DNA of 64,000 nt from Granulicella sp. (GTDB lineage: Bacteria; Acidobacteriota; Terriglobia; Terriglobales; Acidobacteriaceae), in contig DAHWNL010000014.1 of NCBI GenBank assembly GCA_027339965.1, positions 1 to 64,000 of the forward strand. Reading direction: 5' to 3'. How positions within the stretch are numbered: the first letter of the stretch is position 1; each line of letters starts with the position of its first letter. The notes below the pieces were generated by a model. The model was not told the origin of the DNA, searched no databases, and worked only from the letters and a program-made list of their open reading frames with translations. Shown here in pieces: positions 51,388 to 61,749 of this stretch. A program made the position numbers and the translations under genes.

Positions 51388-52461
51388 TCACCGCCGCGAG
51401 TCAGACTCCTCGCTTGGCTTCTGGGGGACAGGGAAGGGATTGCGCTCGTCAAACTGGAGCTGATGCCAATAAGGATAGGCCAGTGGAACGGCGCTGGCTG
51501 CATCCAGCCGCGCGATTTGTTCCGCGCTCAGGTTCCACCCGGTGGAGGCAAGGTTGGTGCGCAGTTGCTCTTCATGGCGTGCTCCGATGACCAACGTGCT
51601 CACCGTCGGGCGCTGCAGCAGCCAGTTCAGCGCCAGTTGGGGAGCGGTCTTGCCCGTCTCCCTTGCCAGTTCATCCAACGCGTCCACCACCCTGTACACC
51701 AGCTCCCAACTTGGCTGGGGGCCGGCATCCAGCACCATCTTGCTCTGTAGCCGCGAGTCGGCGGGCAGCTTTTGCCCGCGCCGGATCTTGCCCGTCAGGC
51801 GTCCCCACCCTAGCGGGCTCCAGACCAGCGCGCCCACCCCCTGGTCCTGCGCCAAAGGCATCAGCTCCCATTCGTAATCGCGGCCCACCAGCGAGTAGTA
51901 CACCTGGTGACCAACGTAGCGAGTCCACCCATAGCGCTCAGAGGCAGAGAGCGACTTCATCAGGTGCCAGCCGGAGAAGTTGGAGCAGGCGATGTAGCGC
52001 ACTTTGCCGTCCCGCACCATCTTGTCCAGCGTGCTCAACGTCTCCTCCACTGGCGTCGTGGCGTCGAACGCGTGCATGTGATAGACGTCGATGTACTCCG
52101 TTCTCAGCCGCTTGAGTGACCCTTCGAGAGCCTCGATCAGGTGATACCGCGAGCTGCCTACGCCATTGGGGCCGATGTTGCCGCCGCGGAAGGTCGCCTT
52201 GGTCGAGATCAGCACATCTTCGCGCCGCAGGTGCGCGATCGCCCGGCCTAGAACCGTCTCGCTTTGGCCGTTGGAGTAAATGTCGGCCGTATCGAAGAAG
52301 TTACAACCGGCCTCCATGCAAACGTCAATCAGGTGAGCAGCTTCCTTATCCTGAACGTGGCCCCAGGACTTGAAAAACTCGTCGTCCCAGCCAAAAGTTC
52401 CCGTGCCAAAGCAGAGCTCCGGAACCTTCAGGCCGGAGCGGCCAAGTGAGCGATAGTTCAT
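51388..52461 (-). CDS. Aldo/keto reductase
   Basis: YRSLGRSGLKV, FFDTADIYSNGQSE, ISTK, SLKRLRTEYIDVY, GKVRYIACSN and WSPLG. Confidence 0.95.
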   Translation of the reverse strand: MNYRSLGRSGLKVPELCFGTGTFGWDDEFFKSWGHVQDKEAAHLIDVCMEAGCNFFDTADIYSNGQSETVLGRAIAHLRREDVLISTKATFRGGNIGPNGVGSSRYHLIEALEGSLKRLRTEYIDVYHMHAFDATTPVEETLSTLDKMVRDGKVRYIACSNFSGWHLMKSLSASERYGWTRYVGHQVYYSLVGRDYEWELMPLAQDQGVGALVWSPLGWGRLTGKIRRGQKLPADSRLQSKMVLDAGPQPSWELVYRVVDALDELARETGKTAPQLALNWLLQRPTVSTLVIGARHEEQLRTNLASTGWNLSAEQIARLDAASAVPLAYPYWHQLQFDERNPFPVPQKPSEESDSRR

Positions 52462-52688
52462 GTGCAACTCCTAAATACAGAAGTACAGAAGCAGAACCCC
52501 CCAAGCCGACGGCAAGCGTCGCGCCCATCGGATGCCGGAAATCTGAGGCCCGCAACTATTTGGATGCCGCCGACCGGATTTGCGATGTGACCTTTGCGCC
52601 TGTAGCCGGAGACCACCGGCCCGATGCTCAGGAGGAGCAACTGCCGCCAGAGCTCCCCTCCGGCCCGCCCCTCGCCGGTCACCCTGGC

Positions 52689-53384
52689 CTACTCTGTTCC
52701 CCTGGCCTTCGGAATGTGCGTCCGGGCAGCGGCGTCCAGCGCGGCCTGGGTGCGGAAAAACAGATGCTGTGGGTTGGATCCGGGGTAGAAGTGGACCTCG
52801 ATCTCGCGGTGGGTCACGGAGCCGTTGATCCCGTCGTGGAAGGGATAGCCCAGATCCTGCAGCAGGTGTAGAGAGCCCTCGTTGCCGGAGGGGTTGCCGT
52901 CGTCGCCGACGATGGCAAAGACGGTCCGGTGCGTGCGCAAGCTGGTTACCGTCACAAAATCCCCCAGGCGTGCTCCCAGCTTGCGCTCCTTCCTGCCCAG
53001 CACCACGTAGTTGATCTTCGCCGCATTCACGTAGCGGAGCGGGTTGCTCGGAGTGGTGATCGCCGGATCCGTATAAGCGGTCTGTGAGATGTAGAGACCG
53101 GGATAAGGATCGTTCGGTCCTTGGACGATCGGAATGTTGGGATGGTCGTCGTCGGTCAGGTAGCCTACGATCTTGCCGAAAGGGAGGCCCCGGTAGCGTG
53201 CATCACGCAGCTTGTCCAGCGTGTGTGAGCCCGGGGGGCCATAGGCGTTGGGAGCGCCGTCCACATCCACGTCCATCCGCCGCAGCAGAATCGTGAAATC
53301 CGGCGCAGGTTTTGCCGCCTCCTGCGCGCCGCCAGCGGTGGCCCATACGGTAGCCAAGAGGGTGGCTGCCCAGGCGGCCGGCAT
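52689..53384 (-). CDS. GH75 chitosanase-like secreted protein
   Basis: Signal peptide; MDVDVDG, NA..INYVV, LGD and AIVGDDG....NEGS (putative catalytic Asp/Glu). Start uncertain. Confidence 0.6.
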   Translation of the reverse strand: MPAAWAATLLATVWATAGGAQEAAKPAPDFTILLRRMDVDVDGAPNAYGPPGSHTLDKLRDARYRGLPFGKIVGYLTDDDHPNIPIVQGPNDPYPGLYISQTAYTDPAITTPSNPLRYVNAAKINYVVLGRKERKLGARLGDFVTVTSLRTHRTVFAIVGDDGNPSGNEGSLHLLQDLGYPFHDGINGSVTHREIEVHFYPGSNPQHLFFRTQAALDAAARTHIPKARGTE

Positions 53385-53958
53385 CAGAGTGCGAAGTGGA
53401 TTCGTCAATGCAGTGGCTCTCCACATCCAGGGGGTTGAGCATCCCAGCCGCTTCTCCCTCGTCGCAACCGGCTCGTCGCCCTTGGTTCTTCGAAACCAGT
53501 TCTTCAAGGTCGGGCCATCTTCACTGAGATCAGAATACCCGTTCTCACTCTATCCCGCCCTGCAACCCTCACGGCGACGCGGAAGGATTCGCTGGGGGAT
53601 GGCCGGAAATCGAGAGAGGATGTTCCCGTTACGACGCTCGGATCCGGACGCCCAAGGCGGAGGAGCACGGCAACTCCGGAGCAGGCTTGCTGTAGCGTGC
53701 TCCTTCCACCCCGGCAGTTGCGGAAGATGGCCATCCGCGCCGCATCAACTCTTCGCCGTCCCCAGAGGGAAGCGGGCGAAGGGGATGACGGGTTCGGGTG
53801 CAACCCGTTCTGCTCCTCCATTGTGCCCGGATTCCGGCGTGCCCGGATTCCGGGGGAAGATGCACGGCTCCGTTGCTTTCATTCCGTATCGCCCGAAGCA
53901 AGGCGTCGAAGGATGCCTTCCTTGAGACTTCGCAGAGAAGATCCCTCCGCCGGAGAGT

Positions 53959-55554
53959 TCAGTTATAACTATCCGTCGGCCAAAGTCTCACGGGTCTGCC
54001 GGTTGTGTCCTTGTATTTTTCACGTAACGCTTTGAGTTGGGCGACGAGATCCTGCACGATCTCCTCGTAACCGGGATGAACTTTGTAGCCAGACCACTCG
54101 AAGAGACTTTCCATCTCATCCGGATCTTTTTGCAGGTCAAATAGCTCCCACTCGTTCACCGTGTAATAGCTGATCAGCTTGTAGCGGTCGGTTCGCACTC
54201 CATAGTGGGGCAGCACCCAGTGTTCCGAATCATAAAATTCGTAGTAGTGATAGTAGAAGGATTTCTGCCAATCCTGGGGAGTGTTTCCCTCAAGCACCGG
54301 CTTCAGGCTCTTGCCTTGCATCTGCTCGGGGATTGGCAAGCCGGCCAGGTCCAGCGCCGTGGGCGCATTGTCGATGCTGACTACCCAGTCTTTGCTTACG
54401 GTTCCCGGCTTCACATGGCCGGGATATCGAATCATCCAAGGGACGCGAATCGCCTGTTCATACATGAAGCGCTTGTCAAACCATCCGTGATCGCCGAGAA
54501 AGAACCCGTGATCGGTTGTATAGACAACAATGGTGTTGTCGGCGAGTCCGGATTTGTCCAAATAGTCCAGCAGACGGCCCATATTGTCATCCTGGGCGCG
54601 AAGGGTCCCGAGGAAATGCTCCATGAATTTCTGGTAGTTCCACTGCTTCCGTTGCCGCTCTGTTAAATCCTGTGGAGGGTTGAAGTCCGGCATGTCGGCG
54701 ATCCGCATCCGCGCCTCTTTGGCGGGCGCGGCGCGCATGGAGTAGTCATCGTAGAAGGTGCCTGGTTCTTGAATCCGGACGTCGTCGTAAATGTGCTCAT
54801 ATTGGTGCGGCGGTTGAAAAGGGCGATGATCGTTGAAGAACTGCATCATCATGAAGAACGGCTTTTTGAATTGCTGCATCCCTTCAATGGCGAAATTGGT
54901 CATATTGTCGGTGATGTACCCGGGATAGTTTTCTTTGTGGATCTCTTTGCTCCCCAGACTTGTATTTCGCAGATAGCCCCTCGGGCTGTAATAAGGCCCG
55001 CCCGCTCCGTTCTTGAATACGAAATAGTCGAACCCTACGTCTCCCGGATTGACCGCCAGGTGCCACTTCCCAACGATCCCGGTCTGATAACCATTGCGTT
55101 GAAAGATTTTGGATATGGTTTCCTGAGATGGATCAAAGCAAGGCCGGCCGTCGGGCAGAGTGCCTTCATTCGTCAACTGACCGTTCACATGGTTATACGT
55201 TCCGGTGAGAAGGGTGGCGCGGCTGGGGGCGCACAGCGCATTGGTGCAAAAGCTGTTTTCAAAGCGCATCCCTTCCTTGGCGATGCGGTCGATATTCGGT
55301 GTTTCCATCAGCTTGCTCCCGTAGCAACTCAGGGCATGGATAGGAACGCCTTCTCCCGTAATCCACAGGATGTTCGGCTTGCCCGAGGGATGACTGTCCA
55401 CCACGCTTTTCAAGATATGTGCCGGACCCGGTGTGAGATCTTCGCTGCCGGTTTGAGCTGACAAGAGCGCGGGCGACAGTGCGGAACCCAAAGCCGCACC
55501 GCCTAAACTAGCCAGAGCCTGTCTGCGAGTGATCGAATCTTTTCGCTTTGCCAT
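53959..55554 (-). CDS. Cys-type sulfatase family protein, Tat-exported
   Basis: TRRQAL Tat signal; CAPSRATLLTG (CxPxR), GKWHL, TDHG and DKRFMYE. Confidence 0.9.
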   Translation of the reverse strand: MAKRKDSITRRQALASLGGAALGSALSPALLSAQTGSEDLTPGPAHILKSVVDSHPSGKPNILWITGEGVPIHALSCYGSKLMETPNIDRIAKEGMRFENSFCTNALCAPSRATLLTGTYNHVNGQLTNEGTLPDGRPCFDPSQETISKIFQRNGYQTGIVGKWHLAVNPGDVGFDYFVFKNGAGGPYYSPRGYLRNTSLGSKEIHKENYPGYITDNMTNFAIEGMQQFKKPFFMMMQFFNDHRPFQPPHQYEHIYDDVRIQEPGTFYDDYSMRAAPAKEARMRIADMPDFNPPQDLTERQRKQWNYQKFMEHFLGTLRAQDDNMGRLLDYLDKSGLADNTIVVYTTDHGFFLGDHGWFDKRFMYEQAIRVPWMIRYPGHVKPGTVSKDWVVSIDNAPTALDLAGLPIPEQMQGKSLKPVLEGNTPQDWQKSFYYHYYEFYDSEHWVLPHYGVRTDRYKLISYYTVNEWELFDLQKDPDEMESLFEWSGYKVHPGYEEIVQDLVAQLKALREKYKDTTGRPVRLWPTDSYN

Positions 55555-55880
55555 AAATCAACACCCCATTTCTTTGCAGCATCAGAGAGTCTTTGTGAGA
55601 GCTTCGGAGCATCTACCGCCCGCAGTTGAAGGTGCGGCGCGGCGGTTAGGTTGATGGTACTACGCGATGACTTCTTGGCGGCTGCGGTGGGATTTAGGAT
55701 GACGTCCCGCGCCCATGCTTCCGCGGCCCCCTGGATGCACTTGAAGCGATGCTCGATTCTGAGCGAGCCCTCGGCCGGCCGGTTGCGTCCCGAGGAGCCG
55801 TGCCGCGTTGGATCCGGTGTTCCCGGAAGAGGTCCATGCGATATTCTTCAAGCACTTGAAGCAAGGAAAGGCATCGAGGC

Positions 55881-57593
55881 ATGAAACCTACCGGCTTCGC
55901 TCTCTTCATCTTATGGGGCCTGTTCGCCCCGAGTGGCTCCGCGTGTGGCTCCGCCTTACAGAGCGGAAAAGCCGCAACCTCGATTGCGCCGGTCAGAGCG
56001 GATGCTGCGTCTCGCGCCGGGATGAGCCCCGGTGAGGTCCGCGCTACGCGCGCGCTGGAGCGGGCCAAAGCGATGGGGCCGGGAGAGCTCTACGCCATGC
56101 TCAAAGGTTTTCCCAAGGGCGCTGACCTGCACATGCATCTCTCGGGCGCAGTCTACGCGGAGACCCTGATCGCTGAGGCGGCTCGCCAGGGCCTCTGTGT
56201 CGCCTCCCTGGGCCGCGCCAGTCCGGCGACGCCCCAAGGCCGAGATGCGGTCCGCCTGGTGGCTCCAGATCCGGCTCAGCGCACGGTTTGCGCCTCGGGT
56301 GAGGTCGCGGCGAGTTCTGTCCTGCAGGATCAGCCGCTGTATGACGATCTGCTAGACAGCCTCTCGATGCGTTCCTTCGTGCCCAGTCAGGGAGTGAGTG
56401 GTCATGATCAGTTCTTCTCGACCTTTGCCCGTTTCGGCGTGCTGAAGGGCGATGCCGGCGAGTGGCTGGACGAGGTGGTAACTCGCGCCGCGGCGCAGAA
56501 CGAGCAGTACCTGGAGATCATGCATACTCCTCAGTTCTCCCGCGCCGCTTCGCTGGGCTACAAGCTCGGTTGGCCTGCCGATGCGGGCCGTGACGTCAGC
56601 TTTGCCGAACTGGCGCAATTGCGCCGGCGGCTTCTCTCCGCGGGGCTCGATGACGAGGTAGCCGTGGACAGAGCGGAGTTCGCTGCCGCCGAACAGCGGC
56701 GCAACGCTCTGGAGCACTGTGCGAGCGGCGGGCAGGCTTCGGGCGCAGGTCCGGCTTCTGCGGCTTGCGCGGTGAAGGTTCACTGGCTCTATCAGGTGCT
56801 GCGCGGTTATCCTCCGCAGCAGGTCTTTGCGCAGACGCTGCTGGGCTTTGAGGTGGTCTCGGCGGCCCGCAGAGCCGATCCTGGCTCGCCCGATGTGGTG
56901 GGTATCAACTTTGTCATGCCCGAGGATGGATATCTCTCGATGCGCGATTACCACCTCCAGATGGAGATGCTGGACTATCTGCACCGCGTGTATCCTGAGG
57001 TGCCGGTGACGCTGCATGCCGGTGAGCTGGCCCCGGGGATGGTTCCTCCCGCGGGCCTCAGCTTCCATATCCGCGAGGCCATCGACCTGGGCCACGCCAG
57101 ACGCATCGGACACGGCGTGGATGTTCTCTATGAAGACCGTCCCCAGGCTCTGCTGAAGGAGATGGCCGCCCGGCACATCATGGTGGAGATTAACCTGACC
57201 TCGAATGCGGTGATCTTGGGGATCCAGGGCCGGGCGCATCCGCTGCGGGCCTACCAGGCCGCGCATGTTCCCTGGGCGCTCTCCACCGATGATGAAGGCG
57301 TCTCTCGCATCAACCTCACCCATGAGTATGTGCGCGGGGTGGAGGAGCAGGGGCTGACCTACCTGGACTTGAAGCGCTCGGCTCGAACTTCGCTGGAGCA
57401 CTCATTTCTGCATGGCCCAAGCCTGTGGGCTCACCCGGACGACTTCAGCGGACGGCAAGCGCCCTGCGCGGCTCCCATCACCCCGGCCAGCCGGCCGTCC
57501 CCAGCCTGTGGAGCCTTGCTCAACCGCAGCGAAAAGGCGGCGGCGCAATGGGAGCTGGAGCGGCGGCTGGCCGCCTTTGAGGCGGCACAGTAG
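55881..57593 (+). CDS. Adenosine deaminase family protein with signal peptide
   Basis: PKGADLHMHLSG, LHAGE, RRIGHG and LSTDD metal/catalytic motifs; hydrophobic N-terminus. Confidence 0.88.
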   Translation: MKPTGFALFILWGLFAPSGSACGSALQSGKAATSIAPVRADAASRAGMSPGEVRATRALERAKAMGPGELYAMLKGFPKGADLHMHLSGAVYAETLIAEAARQGLCVASLGRASPATPQGRDAVRLVAPDPAQRTVCASGEVAASSVLQDQPLYDDLLDSLSMRSFVPSQGVSGHDQFFSTFARFGVLKGDAGEWLDEVVTRAAAQNEQYLEIMHTPQFSRAASLGYKLGWPADAGRDVSFAELAQLRRRLLSAGLDDEVAVDRAEFAAAEQRRNALEHCASGGQASGAGPASAACAVKVHWLYQVLRGYPPQQVFAQTLLGFEVVSAARRADPGSPDVVGINFVMPEDGYLSMRDYHLQMEMLDYLHRVYPEVPVTLHAGELAPGMVPPAGLSFHIREAIDLGHARRIGHGVDVLYEDRPQALLKEMAARHIMVEINLTSNAVILGIQGRAHPLRAYQAAHVPWALSTDDEGVSRINLTHEYVRGVEEQGLTYLDLKRSARTSLEHSFLHGPSLWAHPDDFSGRQAPCAAPITPASRPSPACGALLNRSEKAAAQWELERRLAAFEAAQ

Positions 57594-57688
57594 CTCGGTC
57601 GGGCTATTTCGGGGCCATACTGGATTCTCCGAGCTGGCCTTTTCGCAGCCTGCCCGGATGGAGAGTAAAGTAAAGAAAGGAAAGCCCG

Positions 57689-57985
57689 ATGAAGCGTCTT
57701 CTCTCGATCATTCTTCAGTTCATTCTGTACCTGCTGGCCTTTGCCGCCGGGTCAGTCTTGCTTCCCGCCCTTCACCTTCTGCCCGCGCTCAGCTTCCGCA
57801 TCGGCCCCGGCCGAGTCTTCGTCTATGACGGCATCCTGCTGATGCTGGCTTTTTATGCGCTAATTCTACTGATTGCCACCGCGCGCAAGAGAATTCCTGC
57901 CGCGCTGGCGAACGCCACGCTGGCCTGGGTGCTGGCATTCGCCGTGGGTCTGTTCTATCTCAAGTTCGGCTTCAAAAGTGTCTGA
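57689..57985 (+). CDS. Small membrane protein (three TM)
   Basis: 98-aa hydrophobic ORF with an AAGGA ribosome-binding site. Confidence 0.7.
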   Translation: MKRLLSIILQFILYLLAFAAGSVLLPALHLLPALSFRIGPGRVFVYDGILLMLAFYALILLIATARKRIPAALANATLAWVLAFAVGLFYLKFGFKSV

Positions 57986-58339
57986 CCAGAGTCTGCTCAA
58001 GACGAACATTCAAGGCGATGTAGAGTCCAGCGCCGTGGCGTTGCGACCGGTGATCTGCCCGGCTTGCAACGGAAACCCCCGGGCCTGGCGTCAAAATGGT
58101 TCATATTTACGCATGACGCAATCGATTCATCGGTCGATTTTCTGATTTAAATCTTGATAGACTGACGACTGGAGAAGTGGCTGTTGGCGGCGTTGAAAAC
58201 CAAGCCCTGATCAGGGCTGAATCTCTGCCGATACATCTTCCGATTGCGAACGCAGCGCCCGGTCAGATTCGGCTATCCCGCCGGCGAAGAACGCCCAAGC
58301 GAGGTAGTGAGCCTGAACCAGAAGAGGATCACGTTTTTC

Positions 58340-60133
58340 ATGAATCTTCAGTCACCTGCATCGACTGGTATCTCATCCGCACCTTTCGATATCTCCGATC
58401 GCACCATCGCGTACTTTTCGATGGAGATCGCCCTGTCCAAGACGCTGCCGACGTACTCTGGCGGTCTGGGCATGCTGGCGGGCGACACTCTGCGCTCTGC
58501 GGCGGACATGGGCCTGTCCATGGTCGCGATCTCGCTGCTGCACCGGCGCGGATACTTTGAGCAGCACCTGGATGGCTCCGGCCAGCAGACGGAGAGCGAC
58601 GTAAAGTGGTCACCGGAGACCACTTTGCCGGATGCGGGGCAGACGGTGACCCTGTCCATGCAGGGCCGGGAGATCACGCTCCGCGCCTGGCGGTTTGACG
58701 TGGTTGGCGTCACCGGCCACATCGTTCCGGTATTTCTTCTGGACAGCGATATCGAGGGCAACGATCCGTGGGATCGCCGGCTGACGGATCATCTGTACGG
58801 CGGTGACACGTATTACCGTCTCTGTCAGGAAGCGGTGCTGGGGCTGGGTGGAATCCATTTGCTGCATGCTCTGGGTTGCCAGCCTGAGGTGTGTCATATG
58901 AACGAAGGCCACGCCGCTCTGCTGGCGATTGGGCTGCTGGAGGAGCGGGTGGCTCCGGCTCCCCTGAGCAGCGCCACTGAAGCGGATGCGGAGGCGGTGA
59001 AGCAGCAGTGTGTCTTTACCACGCACACCCCGGTTCCGGCCGGGCACGACAAGTTTGGACTGGACCAGATGATGCAGGTGTTAGGGGCTGACCGCTCCGC
59101 GGCGATTGAGCGCTTCGGGGCGCTGCACAATGACCTGCTGAACATGACCTACATCGCCCTGCGCTTCTCGCGCTTTGTCAACGGCGTCTCCATGCTGCAT
59201 GGCAAGGTCTCGCAACAGATGTTCCCGGAGTACCCCGTGCATGCCATCACCAACGGAGTGCATGCCGCCACCTGGCTCTCCCAGCCGTTTCAGGCTCTAT
59301 TGGATAACCAGATTCCGGCGTGGCGCCAGGATCAGCATTACTTCCGTTCGGTGTACGGCATTGAGCCCGAGGTGATCGAGGCCACTCACCAGATCAGCAA
59401 GCGGCGCCTGTTGGATACTGTAAGGCAGCGCACCGGAATGGTGCTGGACCCGAACGTGCTTACCCTGGGTTTTGCCCGCCGTGTGGCAACTTATAAGCGC
59501 GCCAGTCTCGTGCTGCACTCGCCTGAGCGCCTTATGAAGATCGCTGGCCGGATTGGCGGACTGCAGATCCTGATGGCGGGCAAGTCGCACCCGGCCGATA
59601 ATGCGGGTAAGAGCCTGATTCGCGATATCTTCGCCGTGGCCTCCAGACTCAAGCAAAGCATGCTGCGCATCGTCTATCTGGAGAACTACGACTGGGAGCT
59701 GGGAGAGCAACTCACCAATGGCGTGGATGTGTGGCTTAATACGCCGCTTCGCCCCTATGAGGCCTCCGGCACCAGCGGCATGAAGGCCGCTCTGAACGGC
59801 GTTCCCAGCCTGAGCGTGCTGGACGGCTGGTGGATTGAGGGTTGCGCGGAGAACATCACCGGCTGGGCCATTGAGAACTGTGAGGACGAGGCCATCGAAG
59901 CCGAACGCGTCTATGAGAAGCTGGAGCATTGCGTTGCGCCGATGTATGCCGACAAGCCCCGCTGGGCGCGTCTGCGCCGCCATTGCTTGGCCATCAACGG
60001 CTCCTTCTTCAACACGCATCGGATGCTGAGCCAGTATGTCTCCAGCGCTTACTTCCCCTCGTCGGGTGCCGATGCTGTCTCTGACGAAGGTGTCGATGAC
60101 CCGAGGGAGCAGACCAGCCTGGCCGAGGCTTAA
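58340..60133 (+). CDS. glgP: Alpha-glucan phosphorylase
   Basis: AYFSME, YSGGLGMLAGD, HMNEGH, FARRVATYKR and EASGTSGMKAALNG (PLP lysine). Confidence 0.95.
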   Translation: MNLQSPASTGISSAPFDISDRTIAYFSMEIALSKTLPTYSGGLGMLAGDTLRSAADMGLSMVAISLLHRRGYFEQHLDGSGQQTESDVKWSPETTLPDAGQTVTLSMQGREITLRAWRFDVVGVTGHIVPVFLLDSDIEGNDPWDRRLTDHLYGGDTYYRLCQEAVLGLGGIHLLHALGCQPEVCHMNEGHAALLAIGLLEERVAPAPLSSATEADAEAVKQQCVFTTHTPVPAGHDKFGLDQMMQVLGADRSAAIERFGALHNDLLNMTYIALRFSRFVNGVSMLHGKVSQQMFPEYPVHAITNGVHAATWLSQPFQALLDNQIPAWRQDQHYFRSVYGIEPEVIEATHQISKRRLLDTVRQRTGMVLDPNVLTLGFARRVATYKRASLVLHSPERLMKIAGRIGGLQILMAGKSHPADNAGKSLIRDIFAVASRLKQSMLRIVYLENYDWELGEQLTNGVDVWLNTPLRPYEASGTSGMKAALNGVPSLSVLDGWWIEGCAENITGWAIENCEDEAIEAERVYEKLEHCVAPMYADKPRWARLRRHCLAINGSFFNTHRMLSQYVSSAYFPSSGADAVSDEGVDDPREQTSLAEA

Positions 60134-60242
60134 CCCGTAACTGTCCGGAGCTTGGCCGTGGTGCGGGCCTGACTCTTTTGACGGAACGTTTTGCGCGCCG
60201 CGCATCTTCAATCTCCGCGCTGCGCCTTCTGGAGGTTCTCTC

Positions 60243-60707
60243 ATGCAAGTTGGCGATATCGTCGAAGACTTCTGCCTGCCCGACCAGGACGGCAATTCGG
60301 TCCGCCTGTCCGACTTTGCCGGCAAGAAGGTGGTGCTGTTCTTCTATCCTCGGGCAGACACGCCGGGATGCACGGTGGAGGCCTGCGGCTTTCAGTCTGA
60401 GCTGGCTCGTTTCAAGCAGTTGCAAGGTGCCGGCGTGGTGGTGCTGGGCATCTCTCGCGACACGGTGAAGGCGCAGAAGAAGTTTGCCGAAAAGTTCGGT
60501 CTCCGGTACCCCTTGTTGGCAGACGCGGATCAGACCATCTGCAATCGGTTCGGGGTCATCAAAGAGAAGAAGATGTATGGCAAGAAGGTGACCGGCATCG
60601 AGCGGAGCACCTTTGTGATCGGTCCGGACCGCCGGCTGGATCACATCTTCGCCAAGGTGAAACCGGAAGGTCACGCCGAAGAGGTTCTTGCACTGCTGAA
60701 GAAGTAG
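60243..60707 (+). CDS. bcp: Peroxiredoxin BCP/PrxQ
   Basis: FYPRADTPGCTVEAC and ERSTFVI. Confidence 0.93.
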   Translation: MQVGDIVEDFCLPDQDGNSVRLSDFAGKKVVLFFYPRADTPGCTVEACGFQSELARFKQLQGAGVVVLGISRDTVKAQKKFAEKFGLRYPLLADADQTICNRFGVIKEKKMYGKKVTGIERSTFVIGPDRRLDHIFAKVKPEGHAEEVLALLKK

Positions 60708-60709
60708 CC

Positions 60710-61462
60710 ATGTCCAACCTGATGATTCCGGCTATGGCGGGTGAGATCCCGCTGGCGGCCGCCGCCGCGGCTGTGGCAGCCTCGGCGGGACTTACCCTGA
60801 CCTACGCCGCGCTCAGCCCCACCTCGCAGATCTTCGGACGCACCATACTGGCCGGAGGCGATCCCAATGAGGCCGCGCTGACCTTCGATGATGGCCCCAA
60901 CGATGTAGCCACGGACGCGCTCCTGGAGGTTCTGGCGCGTTACAACGCCCGCGCCACTTTTTTTATGATCGGCCGATTTGTCCGGGAGCGGCCGGAGATC
61001 GTGCGCCGCGTCCACGCCGCCGGGCACCTTATCGGCAACCATACGCAGACGCACCCCTGGCTCAGCTTCCAGTCCTCCCGGGTGATCCGGCAGCAACTGC
61101 GCGAGTGCAATCACGCGCTGGAGGACACAATCGGCGCTCCTGTGCGTTACTTCCGCCCACCCCACGGTGCGCGCCGGCCGGTGGTCTTTCAGGCTGCCCG
61201 AGAGCTGGGATTGAAGCTGGTGCAGTGGAACGCCATGGGCTACGACTGGCGGCCGATCGCTTCCGAAACCATCGTGGCCCACATCGAGCGAGGTTTAACG
61301 CGGGCCCGGCGTCAACACAAGGGCGCCAATATTCTGCTGCATGATGGGCATCAGCAAGGAATCGGCGTCGACCGCCGTGCCAGCGTGCAAGCCGCTCAGG
61401 AGCTCCTGCGGAGGTTCCAACGCGAGGGTGTCCGCACGGTGACGGTCGATGCCTGGGGATAG
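60710..61462 (+). CDS. CE4 polysaccharide deacetylase
   Basis: LTFDDGP, NHTQTHP, FRPPHG and ILLHDG. Confidence 0.92.
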   Translation: MSNLMIPAMAGEIPLAAAAAAVAASAGLTLTYAALSPTSQIFGRTILAGGDPNEAALTFDDGPNDVATDALLEVLARYNARATFFMIGRFVRERPEIVRRVHAAGHLIGNHTQTHPWLSFQSSRVIRQQLRECNHALEDTIGAPVRYFRPPHGARRPVVFQAARELGLKLVQWNAMGYDWRPIASETIVAHIERGLTRARRQHKGANILLHDGHQQGIGVDRRASVQAAQELLRRFQREGVRTVTVDAWG

Positions 61463-61474
61463 GGGCGAACCGGG

Positions 61475-61510
61475 CCAACAGCATCCTGCCGACCAACAGC
61501 ATCCTGCCGA
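61475..61510. repeat. Perfect 18-bp tandem duplication CCAACAGCATCCTGCCGA x2
   Basis: Read directly from the sequence. Confidence 0.95.
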
Positions 61511-61592
61511 CCCACGTCTCCAACGGCCAAAAAACGAGATCGGGATCGCTCACACTCGAAGAGGGTGACGGCACAGGTGGAAAGAGGAAGGC

Positions 61593-61669
61593 TGGTGCGC
61601 CCGAGAAGATTCGAACTTCTGACCTACAGCTTCGGAGGCTGCCGCTCTATCCAGCTGAGCTACGGGCGC
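61593..61669 (-). tRNA. tRNA-Arg(CCG)
   Basis: GCGCCCGTAGCTCAGCTGGATAGAGC-GGCAGCCTCCGAAGCTGT...GTTCGAATC...CGGGCGCACCA; 77 nt with encoded CCA. Confidence 0.97.
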
Positions 61670-61749
61670 ACACCCTTAGCCTAGCAGAAAGCCGTCCAGA
61701 GCCGGTGGGTCGCGCTCCAAATCCTCGCTTCTGAGGTAGCATTGGGCCC

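Noticed and set aside
61593..61669. tRNA-Arg as an integration site
   Set aside because: No integrase nearby, and I saw no duplicated tRNA 3' end in the window.
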